A stretch of DNA of 64,000 nucleotides from Octopus sinensis (taxonomy: Eukaryota): contig NC_043007.1 in NCBI RefSeq assembly GCF_006345805.1, positions 30,008,001 to 30,072,000 of the forward strand. Direction: 5' to 3'. Positions within the stretch are counted from its first letter, which is position 1. Each line of letters starts with the position of its first letter. The notes beneath the pieces were generated by a model. That model was given only the letters and a program-made list of their open reading frames with translations. It was not told the DNA's origin and did not search any database. The position numbers and the translations under genes are program-made. Shown here piece after piece: positions 39,753-53,605 of the stretch.

Positions 39753-42700
39753 GATTTTATTATTACCCACAAGGGGCGAACATAGAGGGGACAAAACAAT
39801 CTGATTTGGGGTCAGACATACGAATGGTTTTTAGACAAAAACGGTTTTAAAAATATCATGAAATTACAAAAATACACACAAAATCGGATGATGGAATAGA
39901 CCGGAAGACATTACAGATGGAGTGGGTGCGGGTTCAGCTCGGACCCCACGAGCCCCGCCTCCCCACTGATACTTTTGGTTGCACTTGGTATTACATTTAT
40001 GTTGTGACTTTCATTCGCAACTTTCGTGCTACATCCTTCCATCGTTCTTCATACACTCTCCTAGTCAGGCGTATTCTCTCCAGCCCTATCTTCCTTTTCA
40101 GGTGAAAGATGAAGTAATTCATCAAACCAGGGCCGGAGATGAACTTGCCTGACTGTAAACCTTTCATTCTCGTCTTCCATATCACTTCTTTCGCAATTGC
40201 TACTACAACGAGTAAACGAAACTTACCTTCATTCACGAGGAAATCCGGTGGGTCAATTTTTGTAATCGACTCAGTCGACAGCTGTACTCTTCGTGTACCT
40301 GACAACAGCTGTTCGGCATAAACCCACACCTCAGACACGTCCGGACAATGAACAATAGCGTGCGGGACGGTTTCCCTATCCCGCCCGCATCTTGGACATA
40401 TCGGACTGTCTTGGCCACCGTGCCTTGCGAGTTTATCCCGAACAGGTAGAGCTCCTCTGTAGCATTGCCATGCCAAAGACTTCTGGAAGTTGTCCAGTGT
40501 CCTCGGCTCGAACGTACGTCGGAACAGACTGGCCAGCTGATTATCGTCGAGACCTAGGGTTTCCCCCAAGGTATCTTCACATTCCGCCTCTACCAACCCT
40601 CTATAGAAGAGTGTGGTGGAACCCCCACCGCAGGCGTTGCCCGAGCGACGGAATAGCAGGAGAGCCTTGCGACACTCCGTGTACCAAGTACCAAGTTTCG
40701 ATCTACGATTCAGCCAGGTTTCCCATCCACCGAAACTAGTGAACTTGGGAAACATCAGTTTTGCTAGCGAAGACCACACCCGTTCACCATCCAGGTAGAG
40801 CCACAGATGTCTTAACCTCAGCGCATGTCTGCGCATCATCAGCCAAGGCATCCCTAGCCCACCCTTTAACGGTTGTTGACAGCAAGTAGAGCGTTTCACA
40901 AGTGGTTTCCCGCCCTTCCACAAGAAGTAGAAGAGCTGTCTTTCCAACTTGATCAACCACGAATCAGGGCAAGGAACGACGGAAAGGCGGTAGGTGATAA
41001 CCGATGCGATGAACACATTGGCCACCTCCGCCCTCCCTTTCAGGGATAGCCACCGCCAAGACCAGGTCTTGGCTACTGCAGCCACCTTGCTCGTTACCTC
41101 GCCCCAATTCTTCTCTATTTGGAGGTCTGGACCGAACCAGACCCCTAGCAGTTTAATCGGACCCTCCGTCCAACGTCCCACGACGCTGTCAGGAGGCATC
41201 GACTTGCCTCTCCAGGTGCCGAGTTGCAAGCCGACTGACTTTTCGCGATTAACTTTTGCTCCTGTCACCGTCTCGTAAACCTCTATGGCCTTGCCTACTT
41301 TACATAGGTGGTCCATTTCGGTTACGATGATGGTGATGTCATCCGCGTACGCTGACACTGATTTTCCGTTACCTGGCTGTCTCGGGATGCCGCTCAGTTT
41401 TCGCAGTAATGGCTCAAGAGCCATTACGTACAAAAGCGGGGAGAGCGGACACCCTTGACGAACCGAGCGTTTGATTTTGAACGGCTTCGACAAGAAGCCG
41501 TTCACCCGAACTACCGAGTCGATGTTATCGTAAATTTGGATAATCCACCTGAGGAAGCCAAGGCTCAGCCCGAACTGTGCCAGGGCAGATACCAGGTAAC
41601 GATGGTCGACCCTATCAAAAGCTTTAGATTGGTCTAAATGGACCAGAGCCCCACCCTTGCCAGAATCACTATTAAACCCCTCTATAGTGTACCGCATTAG
41701 ATGGAGATTATCCTGAATGGATCTGCCCGGAACGGCACATGTCTGTGCCCCTCCGATCAGACCATCCGCGACACGCGCCAATCTTTTCGATAACACTTTG
41801 GCCAAAATCTTCAACTCTGCGTTTAGCAGAGTGATGGGCCTGAAATTATCAATGCACTCCCCCTTGCTCGGGTCCTTTCTGACGAGAGTCACTACTCCCC
41901 GGCGCACAGATCTGGGTATAAGCCCGTTCTACTGCCAGTTCGCATAGACCTCCGCCAGTAGGTGCCCGAACAAGTCTGGCATACTCTTATATAACTCATA
42001 GGGTAGACCATCCAAACCCGGCGCCTTGCCCGCGCCGCAGTCCGCCATTGCCTCAACCACCTCCTCAGGCGTGATTGGCCCTTCACAGCCCTCCGCATCT
42101 CGCCCCGATAAGCGCGGCAGCCCGTCGAGTAGGTCCGTAAAGGCCCTCCTCCTATCCAGTCCGCCGCACTCACCGAAAAGCTGAGCGAAGTGCTCCTGAA
42201 AGGCCTCACACATCTCCTCGGGTTCGTTTATCAACTCACCTTGTTGGTTCGTCAAAGATCGAATCGTGGCATCGTTACCATGCTGAGCTTCCACCACTCG
42301 GGCCCATCTCACGGCGTTGATTCCTTCACATCCCATATGACGGATTCTAGCCCTGACAATGCAGCCCATGTGTTTGGCCTCGAGGTGCTGGTTTAACACC
42401 AGTCTCTTGGCCGCCACCTGAGCCGCAGAGCCAGTTTTCATGGCTTCCTCTAATTCCTTAACTAGAGTAGTTTCCCTTCTAGCCTCTCTAGCCACTACTC
42501 CTATGCTATATCTAATAGACTCAAACTTGATGGCTCGTTTGAGGGCGTACCACCATTTGTTATTAATGATGGTACCAGATAGTGCCCTCTGAATTATATT
42601 CCTAATCCGGTCTTTGTACTCCTTAATCGCCAAAAGGGACGTATTAAGTTTCCAGTAACCGGATCCTCTATTTTTAACCTTATCTATGTCAAGCTTACAA

Positions 42701-42819
42701 GTGACCATTTTATGATCACTGTAGCTGATCGGGTAAAACTGTGGACACTTAGCTATTTTACTGTCTACTTTTCTAATTAGTATTCTATCTAAATATGACC
42801 TGGAAGATCCGTCGCTGAC
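39753..42819 (-). mobile_element. 5'-truncated Tx1/L1-clade non-LTR retrotransposon with 14-bp TSD
   Basis: End of APE endonuclease (YLDRIL, SDH, WKLN), RT (NFRPITLLN, LDQSKAFDRV, RQGCPLSP, YADD, LLGVWF), C-terminal CPRC..ET..H..C. ~245-bp 3' UTR. Confidence 0.93.
39997..42819 (-). pseudogene. ORF2 (EN-RT-zinc knuckle), 5'-truncated, one in-frame TAG at 41929-41931
   Basis: The 304-aa and 636-aa ORFs share a frame, joined by WQ*NGLIPRSV. The first residues of the listed 304-aa ORF come from the flank and TSD. Confidence 0.88.
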
Positions 42820-42874
42820 GGAGTACATGCAGTCTTTGGTCATATTCCCTTCTGTTTTTACCTAGGTTAAATCA

Positions 42875-43095
42875 GGTAAAAAACCATGTAAAAAATAATA
42901 TAAAAATCATGTAAAAATCATGCAAAAAATCATGTAAAATATTATGTTAAAATAATATAAAAAACAATGCAAAAAATCATATAAAAAATCATGTAAAGAA
43001 TTATGTAAAATAAATCTTGTAAAAAATCATGCAAAAAAAACATGTAAACAATCATGTGACAAATCGTGTAAAAAATCGTGAAAAAATACGCGAAA
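42875..43095. repeat. Degenerate 11-12 bp minisatellite (AAAAATCATGT)n
   Basis: Seen directly. Confidence 0.75.
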
Positions 43096-43841
43096 ACAAT
43101 CGCAGAATTGAAATCATAGGAATCGGGTTCGTTTCGGAATGTTTTTTATTTACTCGTGTTTTTCCCAAAACAGGCGGGTAAAAGAAACCAATAGAAATAT
43201 CGAAGGACTTCGAGGTCGATTCATTCGAGTAAAACCCTGAATGCGTTGCTCCAGCCTGACCGCAATCCAATGACTGAAATAAGGAAAAGAGTAAAAGATT
43301 ATTTGAAGGAGGAGGAAGAGGAAATAACCAGGTGATAAGAAATGTAAATTACGAAAGTAAAATAGAGATGATAAAGATGGTGGAGCGGGGGGGGGGAGCG
43401 TTTATCTATTGAGAAGGGAATATTTCCGACCGGAAGTAAGTATTTGAACAACGATTTAATTATTTTCTAATGAGATATGCGATAGAGAGCAAAGAAGAAG
43501 GCCAGGGCCCCGACCGGGTGAACTGCAGGAATTCTGAATAACCGAACAACTTCTTCACACAAGAAGTTCTTAGTTTTACAGTCGACATCTTAAATGTGTA
43601 ACCTCCACCACCTCCAACGCCTCCACCTCCAACGCCTCCACCTCCAACGCCTCCACCTCCACCAGTCCCGCGATGCTTCACACAAGGCCACCTTCAGGCA
43701 TTGGCTATCTGTAATCTCTGATGTCAACTTGTGTCAAAGATTTTAAACGGAAGTATTTGAAATCCTTCAAAACAGTTAATTAATGGTTTGCTTGGAATTG
43801 AAATTTAACGAAAAAAAAAACAAGCACGCACTCTAGCTCCA

Positions 43842-43873
<32 letters not shown>

Positions 43874-43960
43874 ACACAATATATATATATTCATAGATAA
43901 ACTCTGTGTGTGTGCGCACGAGCGCGTGTTTATGTGTATGTGTGTGTGCTTTAGTTATTG

Positions 43961-44035
<75 letters not shown>

Positions 44036-44107
44036 TCACTCATACACGCATATACACTATGCATAAACACACACAGATATTTATACATCTACGTACATAC
44101 AAATATG

Positions 44108-44410
44108 TGAAACCTCGTGACCCGGTGGTCAAGCTATTGCACTCATAATCGCTCTTTCATCCAGGTTCGATTCCCAAACTGGGCTGCTGCGTTTTATTCA
44201 TGAGCAAAACACTTGATTTCACGCTGTTCCAGTCCACTCGGCTGTAAATGATCAACCCTGCAACGGACTTGCCTTCTGACCACGAGGAATGTTGACCTCC
44301 TCGCCCACCCGAGCCGGGTGGCGTCATTCGAAAGCTAAAGCATTGCAAAGTGCACTGTGACCAGCGATGTATAACAGCAGCTGATAGTTTGGTCGAAACC
44401 GTGTAATTAT
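44108..44410 (+). mobile_element. Degenerate tRNA-derived SINE
   Basis: B-box AGGTTCGATTCCC, TGAGCAAAACACTT central domain, tail shared with 2905-3170. Confidence 0.6.
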
Positions 44411-44469
44411 TCATTGACTTGTTTCAGATATTTTGACCGTGGCCATGCTGAAGCATCGCCTTTTAGTCG

Positions 44470-44624
44470 AATAAATCAGTCTTTGGCCTTATTCTTTGTA
44501 ACCCTGGTACTTATTCTATATGTGTCTTTTGCTGAACCACTAACTTACGAGGACGTAAACATACTAACATCGGTTGTCAAGCAATGGTGGTGGTGGTGGT
44601 GGGACAAGCACAAACACAGACAGA

Positions 44625-44688
<64 letters not shown>

Positions 44689-44838
44689 CTTCTTTCAGTT
44701 TCCGTCTACCAAATCCACTGACAAGGTTTTAGTCAGCCCGAGGCTATAGTAGAAGTCACTTACCCAAGTTGCCACGCAGTGGAACTGAACCCAGAACCTT
44801 GTGTTTGTGAAGCAAGCTTCTTACTACACAGCCATGCC
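44470..44838 (-). mobile_element. SINE with internal (TA)n
   Basis: Same family as 26262-26612. Confidence 0.7.
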
Positions 44839-45403
44839 TGCACCTATAGACATATATGTAAAATAATTTAAAATTAGATTCGGTTTTGTACTTTTTACAT
44901 TCAAGACATCAGAATCGGTTCCGAACATGTGTATAACACGTATCAACCTTGCTATGCGTTTGGTCTCAAAATCTTCTGCTCTACATTCAATCAAACTTCT
45001 CCCCTGACGCCTGTTTGATAAATCACTTCCCCAGGTATTGATCTCCATTATGATCTTCATGATGCTCCAAAGGAAAACCAGGAACTTCTAGGGCTTCATT
45101 GCAGGCGTTTTCTATGGTCTAGCAAATTCCATACATTATCTCTTTTGGAAATCGACTGAACTCCAGGCGTTCCAAGTGACCAAACCTTCGAGGCCATTCT
45201 CTCGGTATTATTGAGTGTACTCTTGATATACCATATTGCTTGTTGCACCACTTCTGTGACTGGCACGAGGGACTTTCAGGAAATTCTCAAAATCAAATCC
45301 TCTAGCTGATTTCTTTCAGTCATACATACATACATACACATTTATATAAATAGGTAGATAGTTATATATGCACACCCATAAATATACATACATACACACA
45401 CAG

Positions 45404-45459
<56 letters not shown>

Positions 45460-46037
45460 TATATATATGCATATATATATATATGTATGTATGTATATAT
45501 GTGTATGTGTGTGTGTGCGTGTGTATGTATTATGCACGTGTATGCACACACTGAAAAGGTTAAAAGTTACCACACGAGTAAATTTGTATTAATAAACAAA
45601 GAAAATGCTTTGCGAAGTTCAAAGAAATAAAAGGTTTAAACTTTTATCGAAATATTCTACCGGTTTCAGTTATGTTATAAGGCGACTTAGTCATGTTGCT
45701 AGGGAAGGTCTAATAAATCGAATTGAAATAAATGAATATTTCATGAGGTGTCTTCTGGAAGTTCGCATGTAGGTTTTCTTACACAATTCACACGATGCTG
45801 GTTATTGGTTTCCATCGGATCAGAAGAGAAACCAACTACAATTTTGTTTACCTTTTAATCATGTGTCAACAGGATAACCATTATTACTTGTTTTGATGTT
45901 TCGTCACAGAAGGCAGTCTCTGGATTGCCTCATGGCACATTCCAACCAATATAACTTCAGTCAAAGCTCCTGGCAGCAGACTTTTCCTTTAGCAATAATT
46001 AGACCTCATGAGTTGACATCGGAAGGTTTGTTGTTGC

Positions 46038-46152
46038 TCTTCTTCTTCTTCTTCTTCTTCTTCTTCTTCTTCTTCTTCTTCTTCTTCTTCTTCTTCTTCT
46101 TCTTCTTCTTCTTCTTCTTCTTCTTCTTCTTCTCCTCCTCCTCCTCCTCCTC
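46038..46152. repeat. (TTC)n/(TCC)n microsatellite
   Basis: Seen directly. Confidence 0.95.
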
Positions 46153-46411
46153 CTACTTTTTGATGCCATAACAATGTGATGTAGGAATTTTGATGTATGT
46201 TTGTTAATACAAGTCGATGAACAATTGTTAAGCTGCTTAAGAAGCCAAAATATTAACACGTTTGCCATAGTCACGTGATATGACTCCCAAATCTCCTCAT
46301 CTCATTCTTCTCGAAACCACAGCCGACCATTCAATAAAAGATTACATTATTTGCATGAGTTTATGTCGCGTTTAAATTGTTGTTCCCGTCGTTGTTTTTG
46401 GAGATATTCTT

Positions 46412-46458
<47 letters not shown>

Positions 46459-47009
46459 TGTTGTTGTTGTTGTTGTTGTTGCTATCTTCATCATTATTTC
46501 TGATAATACAATGACGTGTCCAAAATTGTTCGATAGAAAAATGTTACCGGTGAAATAAGTAGCAATCTAGTATGAAGGGCGAATTCAATAAAGCAGACGA
46601 TCGTCGTTAGACATCCAGATTAAGAATATTTTTGAGGGAGAAGAACAAAAAAGAAGGAGAATAGGAGAAAAAAAAAAGACTGAAAGGAAGAGACAAGAAT
46701 AAGAGAAAGAATGAAAGAAAAGAAAAAATTATATAAGTGACAAAAAGAATGTTTATATATATATATACACACAGATACATTTAGATATGTATGTATATGC
46801 TTGTATATTCATGTATTTGTGTGTGTATAAGGAGTCTAAAATGGCGGACAAGTTTTCAAGTCAAGAGAAAGGAGAAGCAATTAAGTTATGCAAATATGCA
46901 GATAATTATCTGCTCCGAACTGCAAAACAGGTAAAACCGAGATCGAGTGGCAGAAGTGAACGCCACTTTATATATTTATTTATTTACTTATATATTTATC
47001 TATTTATCT

Positions 47010-47076
47010 GTTGTTGTTGTTGTTGTTATTATTATTATCATTATTATTATTATTATTATCATTATTATTATTATTA

Positions 47077-47136
<60 letters not shown>

Positions 47137-47184
47137 CATTGTTGTTCTTGTCGTTATTATTATTTTTATTATTATTATCATTAC

Positions 47185-47251
<67 letters not shown>

Positions 47252-47310
47252 GTTGTTGTTGTTATTATTGTTATTGTTGTTATTATTATTATCATCATCA
47301 TTGTTGTTGT
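47010..47310. repeat. (TTA/TTG/TCA)n microsatellite field
   Basis: Seen directly. Confidence 0.95.
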
Positions 47311-47631
47311 TATCGTTGCAGCTGCTTTCTGGTTTGAAATTGTATGAAGTGTTCTGCGTCTTAGAAGATGACGTTTGGAATGAGAAACAAGGGGGGAAAT
47401 GGAAGAGGGAGGGTGGAGAAGGTGTTAGAAGGAATTAAGGAGAATAGGGGGGTGACTAAGGGTGAGGTGTGAGTGAGAGGAAAAGAGATAATAGAGGGTA
47501 AAGAGGGGGAGGATTAAAGGGACAGAAGGAGAGGTGGAAAGATAAGGATAAGTCTGTGGCCTTTGTACTGTCTCTGTGTCAGTGTAGAGAGAGGTGGAGA
47601 GATGGGCAGATGGGTAGAAAGATAGATAGAC

Positions 47632-47695
<64 letters not shown>

Positions 47696-47866
47696 GGATA
47701 GATAGAGAGAGGGGGAGAGAGAGGTGTGAGAGAGACGGGAGAGGGAGAAGGGAGAGAGAGAGGGGAGAGGGAGAGGAGAGAGAGAGAGATAGTGCAGAAA
47801 AGAGCGATTAGGGAATATAAACAGACGTAGCAAGATATATGTATATACATACATACATACATACGT

Positions 47867-47913
<47 letters not shown>

Positions 47914-48693
47914 CATATACAGGTACATACATACGCATATTTATGTATATACACAAACCAACAAATATATGTATATGTGTGTGTGTATGTATGTATAATT
48001 ATATATATATATATAGATATATATGTGTATATATGTATATATGTGCGTGTATATACGTATATATGTGTGCATATATATATGCTATATACATATATTGTAT
48101 ATATATATATATATGTATATATATAGCTATGTACTTATACACACAAGCGCGCGCACACACACATTAAGGGAGAGAGAGGTAGGGGTGGGGGTAGGGGGTG
48201 AGTCTCCACAGCGAGTCGTAATTATATTTCTGTGACGATTATTGTATTTGCTGACTTATAAGGAATAAATAAAAACTCCAAACATAAATAAAAACACAAA
48301 TATGTTCCAAACAACAAAAGCTTGTGATCCCAACACCGACTGGCGGTCGAGGGAACGCGGTTTCAAGTGGTGCACTTGTGGGTGTGTTGAAGACATTTTA
48401 TTGTCGCCGTGGCTGTAACAGTAGAGTCGGCGTCGGCGTTGGGGGTGGGCAGCTGTGGAGTGTCGTGTTGTGGAGTGAATGTCAGGGATTTACGTCACCA
48501 ACGTGGTACTAGTGGAGTCTGAGAAAAGGGTTACAATGGATCTGAGTGGAGCGGGTGGTGGTGGGTGGTGTCACTGCGTGAGTGTGGCGGGTGGCGGTAT
48601 TGATTGTAAAATGGAAACAGAAAGGGGGGGAGGGTGTAAATTGAATACGTAATGACAGGAGGATCTTACATATTAGTAATACACATACACACA

Positions 48694-48779
<86 letters not shown>

Positions 48780-49039
48780 TAAAACGAGAGACAGAGTTAA
48801 CCCTGTGTTGTTTTTTCTTTCGTAATTCTTCTCTCCGTAAAACGAAAAGACTTGTTTCTAACAAAGAAATAAAGCCTCCATCGCTTACTGAACGTCTTGT
48901 AGATTTTCACTGTTCCACTTAAAAATTATAATTACAAATTATATTTGTAAAGTACGTGATAGCGAGTCACTTTTGACAATTACGTATTCCACAGCATCGT
49001 CAAATGCACCAATAGTATGGGTATGTATACTTATCTGCC

Positions 49040-49482
<443 letters not shown>

Positions 49483-50144
49483 CCGTGTGTGTACGTGTTG
49501 TCACTTTATATTAAATATGGCAGTCTACTCAAGTTGATGACTAAAATTATGGAGCCACTAGTTCCTTGTAAGCTTCGGAAAATAATGAAATGAGTTTCCC
49601 TTCATTCCGGTGACAATGGCGATCAGCCGCCAGGCGAAACTCCAGTTGTTTTCGAGGAATGTCAAGTATTTTACGTACTAAACTCATCTTCTCATATTTA
49701 TCTAAATATTCAGTTCTATAACAGGGTGTGTATATACGTATGTACGTATGTATGTACGTATGTATGTACGTATGTATGTACGTATGTATGTATGTATGTA
49801 TGTATGTATGTATGTATGTATGTATGTATGTATGTACGAACGTATGTATATGTATGTACGTATGTATGTACGTATGTATGTACGTATGTACGTATGTATG
49901 TACGTATGTATGTACGTATATGTATGTATGTATGTATGTATGTACGAACGTATGTATGTATGTATGTATGTATATATATATATATATTCATACATATACA
50001 TACATTTATATATATATACACACGTATATGTATGGACCCATATGTATATACATGTGCATACTCATATGTATATATTAGATATTGCATACACACAGACATA
50101 CATATATGTACGTATGTATGTATGTATATATGTAAGTATGTCTA

Positions 50145-50194
<50 letters not shown>

Positions 50195-50775
50195 CAGGGG
50201 TTGCGCAAAATAATGGAAACACCTTAAAGTTCAAATAAATTTATTTTAACATGGAGTAGGACTGCCTTTGGCAGTAATTACAGCTTGAATTCTACGGGTT
50301 ATGGACTCGTACAAAGTTTGAATTGTTTCCAAAGGAATTTTTGTCCATTCTTCAGCTAAAACGGTCTCCAGTTCTTGTAGTGATGATGGTGGAGGATATC
50401 GGCTCCTTACTTGTTTTTCTAAAATTCACCATAAATGTTCAATAATATTGAGATCTGGGAACTATGGTGGCCAAATAGAATGTTCAACTTCTCTAGAATA
50501 TTCCTCGTGCCATTCAGCTACAACTTTAGTTGTGTTAATCGGTGCATTATCACCCTGAAAGATTGCGTTTCCCTCCGGAAACAGTTCCGCAACCATAGGA
50601 TGAATTTGATGAGATAAAATGCTTAAATAGTCTTGACTATTAATTCTGCTATGAAGGGAAACCATTGGACCGGCGGATTTCCAAGATACAGCCCCCCCAG
50701 ATCATCACAGATCCTCCTCCATGCTTAACAGTTGGAAGAAGGTAGTCCGGGTCAAATAGCTTCTTTGGCCTACTT
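50195..50775 (-). mobile_element. Tc1/mariner remnant: transposase C-terminal half plus one terminal inverted repeat, DD36E spacing
   Basis: PTVKHGGGSVMIWG, FQGDNAP, WPP*FPDLNIIEHLW. TIR-like TA|CAGGGGTTGCGCAAAATAATGGAAACACC at 50193-50223. Confidence 0.85.
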
Positions 50776-50797
50776 TTCATCGAAAACTCGTGATTGC

Positions 50798-50842
50798 CAC
50801 ACGCTGATGACGGGTCAGTACCTGGAAACTCGAGTCCGTGTG
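50798..50842 (+). ncRNA. Canonical type I hammerhead ribozyme motif
   Basis: CACACG CUGAUGA CGGGU(CAGU)ACCUG GAAAC UCGA GUC CGUGUG. Every core nucleotide is present. 6-bp stem I, 5-bp stem II, palindromic ACUCGAGU, GUC triplet, cut after 50836. Confidence 0.88.
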
Positions 50843-51048
50843 TATCATAGGTTGAAAACGGGAAGGATGGCTTCCCTTTGATAGGGGACAGAAAGTGTGT
50901 CAATAGCCAACTGGAGGAGGTGTCCTCCTGGGATTACAAGCTACAGTAGCGTCCACCCTCAGGGGTTAGCCACATTTAAGTGGCAAAAATACTTCATAAT
51001 GTGTTGCAGTTACTGTTTAGACCTCACTCAGAGATTTATTATTGCAGT

Positions 51049-52010
51049 TTTAATATAATTTTTAATATATCTTGTATTGCATTTGTCGACTGGTTTCACT
51101 TTCGCTTTTCATATCATTAGAATTTATTTAAATAGAGACCCAAAAATGAACAACACCCTGCAAACGCATAAACTCATCAAATGCAAAAAGCAACACAAAT
51201 CGCTAAAGAGTCTTCTAACACATGCGAAGCTTTACCCAACAACCACAAAACCAACGGTTAAAATGTGGACGCCCAAACTGTGGAGCATACCTCAACCTAC
51301 TTGAAAGGTCGGATTACCTTTCAAACAAGGAAAGAGGTTCACAATTAAAATCAATTTCACTTGTGCCTCTGAGAACCTAATTTATCTAATAACCTGCTCG
51401 GGTTGTGGACATCACTATATAGGACAGAGGAGTATGATATTGAGACGGAGAACCACTCCACATAAAAAGCAGATCAGGTTCCTGCAATACAGACAAATTC
51501 CTTTAAGTGAACACAGAGAGAAATGTGCAGGTAACATCAAACCAAATTTCACAGTTTTCCCCTTCTATCAGTGCAAAGATACAATTTCTTTACAAGAAGG
51601 TTTAAATATAGAAAATTTTGATCGAAAAATAGAGAACACGTCTAAATATGCATGCATAACCAACATTGATCTCTTTACGTATTTTATTTCACGATTACAT
51701 ACCCATCACTGTACATATTTCTCCCCACTAATCTAGTTTTCGAATTTTTGTGTGTATATATATATATATTCCCCACCCCACCTACCGAAAGCTGAACAGT
51801 TATCTCCCCTGCCCACACCAATAACGATAACCAGTTACTTCCCCTTAGATTTTTCTACTTGCTGAATTATTCACTCAGATTTCACACACGACATGGACCC
51901 CAAAATTTCTTCTTAAGGAAATGCCTATTTAAATAAATTTAATGTCATGAATAGCGAAAGCGAAACCGGTCGACAAACACAATAAAAGATATATTAAAAA
52001 TTATATTAAA
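51049..52010 (+). mobile_element. Penelope-like element remnant: GIY-YIG endonuclease fragment, 3' tail, and inverted tail copy at the 5' side
   Basis: KCGRPNCGA, then frameshifted NFTCASENLIYLITCSGCGHHYIGQ...LRRR..H. 51049-51135 is an inverted, diverged copy of 51925-52010. Confidence 0.8.
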
Positions 52011-52092
52011 CCTATGTGTGCATTTTCCTAAAATTTCTTATATATATTGCAACTCACCACTTGAGAATAATCGAAATTCCTCTTTCTGTTAC

Positions 52093-52145
<53 letters not shown>

Positions 52146-52418
52146 TATATAATATTTCTCCTCTAGTTTTCAGCTCGGAGCTGCGGCCATGCTGATGCAC
52201 CACCGTTTATATTTCATATATAGATATATATATAATATAATATATATATATATATATTAGAGAGAGAGAGAGAGAGTGAGTGAGAGAGATATAGATAGAT
52301 ATACATACAAATTTACACATATACATACACACGTATGTATGCATGGATATATACATATATACGAATGTATGTGTGCGTATGTTTGTGTTTCTGTGTGTGT
52401 AAAAGAGAGAGAGAATAC

Positions 52419-52450
<32 letters not shown>

Positions 52451-52794
52451 ATGCGTGCATATGTGTGTAGGTGTGTGTGTGTGTGTGTGTGTGAGTTCGA
52501 GTACAACAAGCTGGAGGTTGAACAATGAGCTGAGAGGAAGGGATGACAGAAGAAATACATTATCAAAATTAATTAAGAGTTCCAGGCGGGAGATGAAATA
52601 ATTAAGGTTATGTTGTAATGAAGGTTAACAAGTTAATAAGACAAGAGATAGATGCAAGTAAATGTCACAAGTGTTAGGGAGATTAATCATGTTGATCGCC
52701 AAATAGAGTTGGGCCCGGAAGTTGCCTGATTTGCAAGAGAGAAAAAAACGCTTAATCTAGTTATTATATGTCTAGTAAGCACATACATGATAAT

Positions 52795-53427
52795 CCATCC
52801 ATACATACATACATACATACATACATACATACATACATACATACATACATACATACATACATACTCATCATACATACGTACTTGCAACATAATACATAAT
52901 CATACATACATACATACATACATACATACAACATACATATATACATACAACATAATCTACATACGTACTTGCATACATACATACATACATACATACATGC
53001 ATACATACATACATACATACATACAACATAATACATACATACATACATACATAATACATACATACATACATCATACATACATACATACATACATACATAC
53101 ATACATCATACATACGTACGTGCCCATAATACATACATACATACATACATACATGCATACATACATACATACATACATACATACATACATCATACATACG
53201 TACTTGCATACAACATACATACATCATACATAGTACTTGCATACATACATACATACTAATACATACACCCACCCCCACACACCCCACACATACATAATAC
53301 ATACATACATACATACATACATACATACATACATAATACATCATACATACGTACTTGCATACATACATACATACATACACCCACCCACACACCCACACAT
53401 ACATACATACATACATACATACATACA

Positions 53428-53461
<34 letters not shown>

Positions 53462-53605
53462 CATACATACATACATACATCATACATACGTACTTGCATA
53501 CATACATACATACCATACATACATGCATACATACATACATACATACATACATACATACATACATACATACATACATACATACATACATACATACATACAT
53601 ACTAG
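52795..53605. repeat. Long (ACAT)n field with variant units
   Basis: Seen directly. Confidence 0.95.

Noticed and set aside
45655-45710. GAAACCGGUA palindrome on the minus strand
   Set aside because: No upstream CUGANGA core.
49600-49655. HHR-like CCGGUGA...UGGCG/CGCCA...GAAAC UCCA GUU
   Set aside because: Two core changes, no stem I and a non-palindromic stem III. Too weak, though a decayed PLE tail is possible.
50310-50356. CUGAAGA...GAAAC AAUU on the minus strand
   Set aside because: Lies in Tc1 coding sequence (AEEWTKIPLETIQ) and has no cleavage triplet.
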